A stretch of DNA of 56,986 bases, the filler included, from Catajapyx aquilonaris (lineage: Eukaryota): the NCBI GenBank assembly GCA_000934665.2. It is 3 parts of 3 records of this genome, joined end to end, with 100 filler letters (N's around TTAATTAATTAA, not from the genome) between each part and the next. Parts side by side here need not be neighbours in the genome. Positions count along the whole stretch, not along the records: positions 19,021 to 37,942 come from JYFJ02006575.1; 2 more parts are not named here. One strand, 5' to 3'. Below, in pieces: positions 24,332 to 34,130 of the stretch (its first letter is position 1; every line of letters starts with the position of its first letter). The position numbers and the translations under genes are program-made. Under the pieces are notes generated by a model. That model did not search any database. It saw only the letters and a list, made by a program, of their open reading frames with translations, and was not told where the DNA came from.

Positions 24332-26078
24332 TTACCCTGGTATCCCTAAGTCCCTGCAGGCAGGGTACTCATGTCCCCTCATATGGCACCAATGGCAAGT
24401 GCCAATGGCAAATGGGGACTTCCCAGGAATTATGTGCCCTTCTTGAATCCCCGCTTCAGGGAACAGGCCATTCAGAAGTGTCCTAAGGAACCGGCACCAC
24501 TTGCTGAGACCCTTCATGGAAAAATGTAGGCCATCCCTGGCCAGCAAGTCTCGCCGGCCACAGAAACGAGCCTGTGGAATGATGTGTGAAAATGAATTAT
24601 TAAAACAACTTCATTACAGCCTACTGTTATTACTCACTAATGGAGTGTCATATAATATAATAATCTCTCATAATAATAATCCATCATAATTAAAGTGATT
24701 CTTTTAAAACTGCCCATTCATTTTGCCCTAACCTTGTTGCAAAAAATTAGTGAACTCTAAAAAATTATTCATAAGTCGCGCTGAACTTTGGAGCAATGGT
24801 GTCGGTGGTGCCGAAGGTAATCCAAACAATTAGTATCGCGTGGTAGCATTTTTAATTCAGAGATGCGCAAATCCGGTTTTCAGGTGAGATTTTGATGCTG
24901 GCGGAAGGGATGGAGTGCCCTCACCTGACTGCCAAGTCTGGTGAAAATCACAGCAGACCCGGAGATTGTTATGATGCACTTGTGAACGGAGGAAAATCAG
25001 TTTGACCTGAACCTTCCATGTCACAAGTCTTGTTGGAAGTGCCCAGTACAGTCATTCTTGTTCGTGCCCTTATGAAGTTTACATATCCTCCTCTGAGACC
25101 TGATGTCCAATATATTGGGCATCCGGATTTAATTATTATTTACCGCCTTGCTATGGATCAGATCGGAATAGCACTATAAGCTCGAGTGGTATGCTCAAGA
25201 TTTGGTGCTATAGCGAAAAAATACTCCAGGCAAGCAAACTTAGCAGCTTTCCATGACAAAATGGCAGTTCAATTACACTTAAACTACAAAAATTTAGTGT
25301 AAAAATGTGGTATTTATCTTTGTCTTAATGCACCACGTGACACAAATTGCTTGGATTACCTTCGGCACCACCCATATATATATACGGTTGCTGTAAATAT
25401 CAGCGCAACTTTTTAATTTATTTTTTAGAGTGCGCTAATTTTTGCAACAAAGTTAGAGCGAGGCAACTAGTTGGTGTTTAAACTGGGCATGAATTTTCTG
25501 TGAATCTTTGAAACCCAAGCAGATTCAGATCACTTCAGCATGTGACGACATCTTGGCAGTAGAGATAGAGGATTATCTATGTGAGCTAGATGACATGACA
25601 TATATTTTATGGATTGTACACGTGTATAGGCCTACTGTACCTCAACTTTGTATAGATGAGCGTCAGGAATCCGCTGCACCATCTTCTTCAGCTTCCGATT
25701 CCACCACATCCTATGTGTGTTGAGACCAGGTTGGTCCACTCGTGGCGCGACTTCTGCCACGATTATGAGGCAATTGGGCAGGTCTCCTCTCAATTGCCTC
25801 AGAATCCCCTCCAATTCATCCTGGCGTTTGGCCAGTTCAGCCCCAACCTGGGTTGGGTCATTTGCCTGGGCGTGGGCGATGTCGTTGGTGCCCACGGCTA
25901 CCACCACGAAGTCCAGTTCCTTCATATTCATCCTGACCACCTCCAGGGTAGGCTGCAGGTCAGCTACACGCCCCCCTGGCAGGCTGAAGGTTATGATATG
26001 ATGCTGGGGGGGCAGCACGCAGTTCCCCGGTCTGTATTTAATCATAGAGTCTCCTAGCAAAATTCCCTTCAGGATCAT
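24332..26078 (-). CDS. Spliced SGNH/GDSL-type hydrolase with C-terminal CCHC zinc knuckle; exons 26078-25641 and 24571-24332 (225 aa), possible further exons 23036-22965 and 22886-22679
   Basis: Block I LLGDSM, block II SLPGG and block III VAVGTND lie in exon 1. A phase-0 splice GAG|gtacag...attccacag|GCT brings in block V RDGLHF and C-HW-C-HMRG-H-EYPA-C (CX2CX4HX4C). Confidence 0.75.
24725..25460. mobile_element. Old MITE with about 125-bp degenerate TIRs inside the SGNH gene intron
   Basis: ctaaccttgttgcaaaaaattag...ggtggtgccgaaggtaatccaa (24728-24850) is inverted at 25327-25460. Confidence 0.65.
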
Positions 26079-26672
26079 CTGCAAAAACAAGAACTTATAT
26101 AATTAAAGTGCGAATTTTTAGGCACGAAAACACCCTGAAATAGGCACATAAATTTTAAACGATTTTACCTTTGCGGGTGTATGGATGGAGGATAACGTTA
26201 CAGAAAAAGGTAGACACAATTTACAGGCCTTAAGTATATTATAAGGCAACAAACCAGAGCAAAAGACAGGATGCTGGACACAGGACATCACTCCCTAACC
26301 CTCAGTTGGTAGTGTGAGTCTATCGGGACATCAGAACACACTCTTTAGCGATTGATTGTAACTGTAACTACTATCATGTTTGTTGATTAATAATTGGGAT
26401 TTTTAAACCGTTTCCGAGCTAAGCCTCATTTCAAATACTCCTGCATACACACGACAACTTTCAGGTTCTTTTCAGCTTGATGAGGCCTGACACGGAGCTA
26501 TAGGTATACTGACGGGGAGCGCTGCGCTAGTGGCCACGCACGCAGGTCCGTCTGCATGTCTCAGGTAGTGTATGCTTGTCCTTTGTGTTTAATTCACTTA
26601 TTAATATAGTTAATATAGCTATAGTTTTAGTATATCTAGAAATATAGTTCCAAATAAATTTGGTCCACTACT

Positions 26673-27450
26673 GGGCAATTCCACGTCAACGTGATCACCT
26701 TTTGCACGAAAAAATTTGACCGTCGATAAGTGTCAAAGTGTGAGATATGTTTAGGTCCAGGGTAGAACCCTTCGCATAAGGATTTGGTCCGCTGATGGCT
26801 GATGCGTGGTTGCCTCTCTACAGGCGTAAATTGTACTTTGATCACATTTACATGACAATGTAAATGCCTGATGTGATACTAGTTTCAGGTGTGAAATTGT
26901 CTTCTCTTTTCGACAAAAATGCTAACTTCCTGACAGATGTGCAAATTCATGGCAAAAAGCGAGAATTTTGCAAACAAATGAAATTTTCGAAGCGAGAGCC
27001 AAAGTTAAATGCCATCAGTCATCAAAATTCCGTTTGTATCACTGATAGAGGACACTGTGAGGTGTATTTTGATATCAATGTGATGACATTTGACTTTGGC
27101 CCTTTTTTGAAAATGTAATTTGTTTGCAAAAATGTCGATTTGTGAATGAATTTGTACAGCTATAGGAAAGTGACTATTTTTGTCGTAAAGAGGAGACAAT
27201 TTCACACATGAAACATGTATTACATCATGCATTTACGGTGTCATGTAAATGTAATAGGGGGGCGCCTCTAACTGTGGTCCAAGTGCAATGAGCGCCTGTA
27301 GATAGGCAACCACGCATCAGCGGACCAAATCCTTGTGGGAAAGGTCCGAACGTGACCTGGTCGTAAACATATCTCACACTCATCGACGTGCAAATTTTTC
27401 CGTGCAAATTTTTCCGTGCAAAAGGTGATCACGTTCACGTGGAATTGCCC
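26673..27450. mobile_element. Foldback MITE, near-complete imperfect palindrome with GGGCAATTCCACGT termini
   Basis: Termini GGGCAATTCCACGT/ACGTGGAATTGCCC; arm complementarity continues about 350 bp inward; non-coding. Confidence 0.85.
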
Positions 27451-28569
27451 TTGCACAGCATATGTTACGAATTATTTTCCTATATTTTCTACTTATTTGA
27501 ACCGCCTTTCGGCTCACACGCATCATGGTAACATGTTTCGTATTACTTCGGAACGATTTCGGTCCGTTCAGGAGCGCAAAAATAGCCCGCGAAATATCAA
27601 ACATGCCTATATGAAGGCATAAGTCCGAAATAGGCCCAAAAAGTTCCGAAATTGCATCAAAAAGTTCAAACCCTATTCAAAAAAATGCTAAATTAGGCAT
27701 GAAAAGTCACAAATAAAAAGCCAGAATATAGGCAAAATAGTTCCAAAAACATGTACATTTTCCACCTCCTACATTTATGAAACGGATAGATCTGCTCTTC
27801 ACAAAGCCATCCTAACTGTAGATGAACTAAATAGGCATTAGCCTAAAAATTCTGACTCTACTTATAATGTAAGACTTACCTTCAGCTAATGATGTGGACC
27901 ACAGACTGATCCAGACCTGACACTTCCCACTGTCAAAAATATTGAAACCTACTGCGGAACGGCCAGGCCAACCAATCAGAGCAGGGGGGCGGTAATTGAG
28001 ATGGAGTGATAGTTCAGATGTCAACCTTGGATGTCAACGGCTATGTAAATTAGGTTCAGGATCCGGGAACTGGGCCCTCTGCTTTCTCCAAGTTAATCTC
28101 CTTGCAAGGCCAAGTCTGGAAATACTCCGAGCCACTTGCTAATTATTCATTATCAGTATAGCATCTACAGATGCTGGCCTTCCCTGAAGTGTGGGGCGAC
28201 TTCTCTATATTTGGCCCGGGGGGGGGGGTTAATGCCCTCAGTGTTAAGTGAAAGTCTGAAACAGTAACAAGAAGAATTTCACTGTGGTATGGCACTGTAA
28301 TAATTGTTTCAACGGACATCCACAAATGCAACAAGCAAAACCAATCTTGTACTGTACCGAAATCGACCAAAATAGTAGTCATCCTTGAAAAAGCAAGTCA
28401 TTTACAATGATTGCTCTTCAATACTGATTATACACGTAACATGGTCAACAAAATAATGTTTTCAACTGTGCTAACTGCTACTGACTTATCTCATCTTCAA
28501 TGCATTATGACTATAAATGCAATTAACGCAGCATAATCACATTTTACATGTTTATTACTTTAATTATAA

Positions 28570-29012
28570 CTAGCAGCGGCACCCGTTCTTCACACGGGGA
28601 ATAAAGAGCGTGGAGATTCATTCCCATATGCATATGCACGCACTTGAATGAACGGTGTAAAATTTCATGTTGTTTGCGTAATAAAGAGCCACGGAGAGGT
28701 GTAGATGGCCGAGATGGTAACGTCTCGGCTTGCTGAGTGAAAGGCCCCAGGTTCGATCCCCGCCTGGGGAACTTTCCTTTCACCTGCGTCAGGTGTTGTT
28801 TACAGCCAATTGCGCATTATTAGAAGAGTGTTCCAAAGTCCTTTTCGCCTCCTGTGGCCAAGGATGACCTCGGAGGTCAATTCCAATGCGCTAAGAACCT
28901 TCCCGGTAAAAAACTACCCCTGGTGACACCCCTGGGGCATATGTGGAGGCCTCCGTATGGATCTGTTTAGGTCACAGACAGACAGATATAGGTCTTGAAA
29001 TATGTATTAAGA
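28570..29012 (-). mobile_element. Non-autonomous Helitron-like element
   Basis: Minus strand reads A|TC start, (TCTG)n microsatellite near the 5' end, subterminal hairpin cccgt-gtgaaga-acggg, and CTAG|T end, i.e. insertion in an AT dinucleotide. Confidence 0.65.
28697..28770 (+). mobile_element. tRNA-derived sequence (SINE head or tRNA pseudogene) nested in the Helitron
   Basis: Pol III A box TGGCCGAGATGG (28706) and B box GGTTCGATCCC (28750) at tRNA spacing; stems pair poorly. Confidence 0.6.
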
Positions 29013-29111
29013 TGACAACACAATCTGAACATGAAGGCATCACTCCAACACTTCTGAGACCAAACACAAGAACGTATATACCTGCTCTTCTTTCCTCTGT
29101 GTTTCCTGGGA

Positions 29112-32018
29112 GTGGAAGCGGTAAGCGTCATATTTCGGTAAAACCTGGCGTTTGATGATGAAAGTGTGCCACTTGGCATGGTGTTCCTAGGACCATAAGG
29201 AATGATTCCGGAAGTGGAACCGGAGATTTCGTCCATTAGGATTCAAGATGGCGGCCAATAATGAAACTTGCCTCCATTGTTACGAAATCGGTATTGTTCG
29301 CAGGAAATTGACCATTGAGGTGTCAATCCCTACCAATACGAAGTCGCTGAACACGATTCTAATGTCAGAATACAGTTTGAACACGTTTGAAGCCAATATG
29401 GCGGCCAATAATGGAAATGGCCTCCTTATGTTACAAAATCGGAACCGCATTTTTCGCAGGAAATTGACGATTAAGGAGTCCATTCCTAGCAATACGAAGT
29501 CGCTGAACACGATTTTAGCGTCAGAAGACAGTTTGAACACGTTTTAAAGCAGTTTTTAACAAAAATGTCCAGTTTTGAGCCATAGGTTTGAACAGGCACG
29601 TATGTGTGACTTAATCCAGGAAAGATAAGGTATGGGGTCAAAAGAACTGCAATGGAAATCATATGTGGAGAATAACATATCCAACGTTCAATGCAATTAG
29701 AGATAGGGAACCCGCCGCCATCTTGGAAAAATGGTGGCGAAAATAGGTTATTAAAATCTATCTCTTAGATGGCTGCACGTATATGAATTTATGAAGAGGA
29801 CGAAATGGAAGAATGTACAATTCTATCCTTATCATTCTTTTGTAGAGCGAATCGCTACAAAGATATCTCCGATTATATTGACACCACCTAACCACTCTAC
29901 GAAGATTTTTGCAAATATACTGTGCTTATACTCAAGCAATTACGTATATAAGTCACTTATTACAGTACTGTACTCTAATAACCCATAGACGAACTATCAT
30001 TGATGAAAATGGTTGGTAATGATAATAGTCTCTATTATAGCTGAAATTACAACAATGCCAGAAAATTGCGCCACAGTGATGGCCAGGTTGCAGAGTCGAG
30101 ATTGGAAGTGCACCAGGTATATGTCGCATGAGATTATAGACGAGAAACTGGTTTAGTGCAAATGTGGGAAAGAACCTGGTCCAAGTACTTTCTAAAGAAA
30201 TAAGAGTTAAAAAGAAGCCTACTTGAGTTTTTTAAACTCTATTTTTCTAGAGAGTAGGAAACAATATTTTCCGATCAAGTGGTGGGTCATACAATATAAC
30301 ATCAGAAGGGACTTTGTTTTGCGGAGAATATAATAAATTCTTGGTGACAAAAGAACTCACAGAGAAAAGTAAGAACACTATCTTTTTTGAGAACTACGAA
30401 TATAACAGAATGCTGCGCAAATCGTGGTGATGATGGCTCCTGCTGTTGTTGTGCGGCTGATTAATGTTGATTTGTTATATGGCATGTTGGCTTTATGTAT
30501 GTGGAATAAATAGCGGGAAACGGGCTGTAGGACTTGAAAGGTTAGGTCAGCCCTCATCCCCTTTTCCAGTCTTTGCGGTTAAAGGTCGAATTGAATTTTC
30601 CTTATGCTATGTTTGCAGCAGATTGTTTTTCACCATGTTCATGTCTCAGGCCTAGTGTAAACCTTTGTCACCAGGAATTTGTATATTCTCCACAAAACAA
30701 ACAGTTGTTGCTTCTAATGTTATATTGTAGTATAGTCTATGACCCACCACTTGATCGGAAAATATTGTTTCGTACTTGGACCAGTTTCTTTCCCACATTT
30801 GCACCGCAGTTCTTTTCTGTAATCTCTGTCAACCAGTTTCTCGTCTATAATCTCATGCGACATATACCTGGTGCACTTTCAATCTCGACTCTGCAAGCTG
30901 GCCATCACTGTTGCGCAATTTTCTGGCATTGTTGACCCCCACACATGTTTTCATCCTCTGCGACTAAGTTTACAAATTATAGAGATCATGCGGTTTTTTG
31001 ACGTTTTCTTGCATTCTTCTTTACTTTACTTTTCTTCTAATCTGGATTATTTACCAGCCAAACCGGAAACAAATATAATATGATTGTGATATTAATAATT
31101 TCAGCTATAATAGCTATTATCATTACCAACCATTTTCATCAATGATAGTTCGTCTATGGGTTATTAGAGTACAGTACTGTAATAAGTGACTTATATACGT
31201 AATTGCTTGAGTATAAGCACAGTATATTTGCAAAAATCTTCGTAGAGTGGTTAGGTGGTGTCAATATAATCGGAGATATCTTTGTAGCGATTCGCTCTAC
31301 AAAAGAATGATAAGGATAGAATTGTACATTCTTCCATTTCGTCCTCTTCATAAATTCATATACGTGCCATCTAAGAGATAGATTTTAATAACCTATTTTC
31401 GCCACCATTTTTCCAAGATGGCGGCGGGTTCCCTATCTCTAATTGCATTGAACGTTGGATATGTTATTCTCCACATATGATTTCCATTGCAGTTCTTTTG
31501 ACCCCATACCTTATCTTTCCTGGATTAAGTCACACATACGTGCCTGTTCAAACCTATGGCTCAAAACTGGACATTTTTGTTAAAAAATGCTTTAAAACGT
31601 GTTCAAACTGTCTTCTGACGCTAAAATCGTGTTCAGCGACTTCGTATTGCTAGGAATGGACTCCTTAATCGTCAATTTCCTGCGAAAAATGCGGTTCCGA
31701 TTTTGTAACATATGGAGGCCATTTCCATTATTGGCCGCCATATTGGTTTCAAACGTGTTCAAACTGTATTCTGACATTAGAATCGTGTTCAGCGACTTCG
31801 TATTGGTAGGGATTGACACCTCAATGGTCAATTTCCTGCGAACAATACCGATTTTGTAACAATGGAGGCAAGTTTCATTATTGGCCGCCATCTTGAATCC
31901 TAATGGACGAAACTTTCGGTTCCACTTCCGGAATCATTCCTTATGGTCCTAGGAAGCACCATGCCAAGTGGCACACTTTCATCATCAAATGCCAGGTTTT
32001 TCCAGCTACCGCTTCCAC
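29112..32018. mobile_element. 2.9-kb palindrome / foldback element
   Basis: Arms 29140-30049 and 31096-32000 are near-identical inverted copies (mirror ORFs 29791+/31351-). More diverged inner arms 30050-30352 and 30663-30934 enclose a spacer of about 310 bp. Confidence 0.9.
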
Positions 32019-32183
32019 ATGCACTGTACAGTACTGTATTGTTCGGTATTGTTGATCTCGGCACTCCCCGAAGTACTCCAACCGTTAATTGTTACAATAC
32101 CCTACGTGTCTGCTACGTGTACTGCAATTATTATTCTTGCCAACCTGCCCGTTGTTCTATTGCTTTCATTGTTGAATATGCAA

Positions 32184-32489
32184 TCTCTATCTCTATAAAT
32201 AAGGAAGTTTGTGAGTTTGTCAGTTTGGATGTTTGTCCCTTATAGAAATCCGGGGGAAGGCCCCTACACCGCCTTAAATTAGCATATCGGGAGTTACATT
32301 TTTCAAGGAATTTAATGCCGCATGTTTCAGCTTCCGAAAATGAACCTAACACCCATAACACGCATATTCCCAATTAACCAATTATCAATTACCGATTTAA
32401 CAATATTGATAGATTTCCATGGTAATGCCCTCATTACATTGTAGGCCTACCACCATAACATACCCGGGCAACGCCGGGTAACCTGCTAG
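32184..32489 (+). mobile_element. Non-autonomous Helitron-like element
   Basis: A|TC start, gtttgt-rich microsatellite near the 5' end, hairpin cccgg-gcaacg-ccggg, and CTAG|T terminus. Confidence 0.72.
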
Positions 32490-33022
32490 TGTTGATTATT
32501 TTAGAACGTGAGTGAGAGAGAGGCAGATCCTTCCTTTGGACTTGTTGACAGCCAGGGTTGCTAGGCAATTGCTTAATCTGCCGAAAACCCCCCTTAGACT
32601 CAAAAAAGTTCGGGTTTGGGACTTTTCTCGGGGTCAGTGATATGTAAGACATGGCTCTGGGAAATTTGAGCGCTCTCCGTGCCCGGGAAGTGGCTTAATT
32701 AAGCGTGACATAAAATAATTATATGTACAAACTTTCAGGAAGTCGTGATGGTGGTGTTGTTGTTGTTAGGCCAATTCAATGTTCACTATTTAGTTTTTGA
32801 CATAAAGGCTTATGTATGGGATTCCTTCTGGCCCTATCATTGAATGGCCGTGTCAAGGACGCGAAAATGAAGTGCGGATCCGCAATACTGAAATTACATT
32901 ATTTCGATGAAATGTGGGAGCTGTCACAAGGCCTCTGTACAATATTGCGGAACAGCGCAAGCACTTTCGTTCATCCTGGCTTGATACCACCCGTTCGCCC
33001 AAGTAGGCATATCAGATAGAGG

Positions 33023-33218
33023 CAGATTCGCAAATAAAAATGGTGCGATTTGGCCGCAGCGATCGGTATATGGTCGCAATCGGTTATGGATCGGTTATAC
33101 TGATCATAGTCGGTCGGTTATTGATCGGTTATTGGTTATTGATCGGTTATGGTCGCAATCGGATCTGCTGAATAACGGTCGCTGCGACCAAATCGCACAA
33201 ATTTTATTTGTGAACCTG
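33023..33218. mobile_element. Small MITE with about 43-bp TIRs and internal (atcggtt)-type repeats
   Basis: cagattcgcaaataaaaatggtgcgatttggccgcagcgatcg pairs with cggtcgctgcgaccaaatcgcacaaattttatttgtgaacctg. Confidence 0.7.
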
Positions 33219-33567
33219 AGTTATGACTGGCTATCACATATTTTCCATCTTTAATAATCCATACCTTGCAACAAAAAAAAAATCAAAGTCATTAGAACCT
33301 GNCCCCCCCCCCCGAGTGGTACAGATATTTTGGTCGCCTCGTGGCCTAGGTCAACCTTCTGGAATTTACAGGATACGCGCTAATTGATTGCCAGACGTAT
33401 GTCTGGTGGAGGTCCGGCGTCCGGGCCCAACTCTGCTGGAGATCCACTTCCTTATCTGTGCGATTTTTGACACATTTGCTTGGGCTCTGAGTTTCGACAC
33501 CAAGATGTAGGCGTGCCTCTCTGCTAGAGCATTCCCTTCAGATCATTCTGACAGTGAAGACGGGTAG

Positions 33568-33863
33568 TTTGTGAGTTTGTAGTGATTAGCTTTAGTGACA
33601 GTTTTATTCCTTTTTTGCACGGGTAGTTTGTTATATTATAACCTCTCTTTTGTGAGTTTGTAGTGATTAGCTTTAGTGACGGTTTTATTCCTTTTTTGCA
33701 CGGGTAGTTTGTTGTATTATAACCTCTCTTTTGTGAGTTTGTAGTGATTAGCTTTAGTGACAGTTTTATTCCTTTTTTGCACGGGTAGTTTGTTGTATTA
33801 TAACCTCTCTTTTGTGAGTTTGTAGTGATTAGCTTTAGTGACAGTTTTATTCCTTTTTTGCAC
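33568..33863 (+). repeat. 81-bp tandem repeat, about 3.6 near-identical copies
   Basis: gtgagtttgtagtgattagc recurs at 33571, 33652, 33733 and 33814. Confidence 0.95.
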
Positions 33864-34130
33864 TTGCAGTAATTTTATAGCCTTTATTTTAAGAGTTTTT
33901 AGTGTTTTGCTTAAGTAGACTATTCCATTTCATTAATTGTATTGTCTATTTTGTGAGTTGTAGTGTGCCATTTAAGCAAGATATTAGGTTTCATATCCAT
34001 TTTTTCAAAGCGAGTCTATAGATTATTGTTTCGACTTTGGAAAGTGACTCATTGTTGGTAGCTGGTGGTAGTGTAAAGGCGGATTCTGACGTTATTTTCA
34101 TACGAGTGTGTAGATTATTAGCAGTGCAAT

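Noticed and set aside
25641..26078. oskar orthologue (OSK domain is SGNH-like)
   Set aside because: No LOTUS domain is visible and the catalytic Ser and His motifs are retained, unlike OSK.
28697..28770. Functional tRNA gene
   Set aside because: A and B boxes are present but acceptor and anticodon stems pair poorly, and it sits inside a Helitron-like repeat.
29248..31891. Mirror-image ORF pairs (99, 86 and 65 aa) on opposite strands
   Set aside because: They are by-products of the palindrome arms and show no recognisable domain.
33568..33863. Regular repeats as a possible CRISPR array
   Set aside because: Head-to-tail identical units with no unique spacers, no cas genes, and a eukaryotic context.
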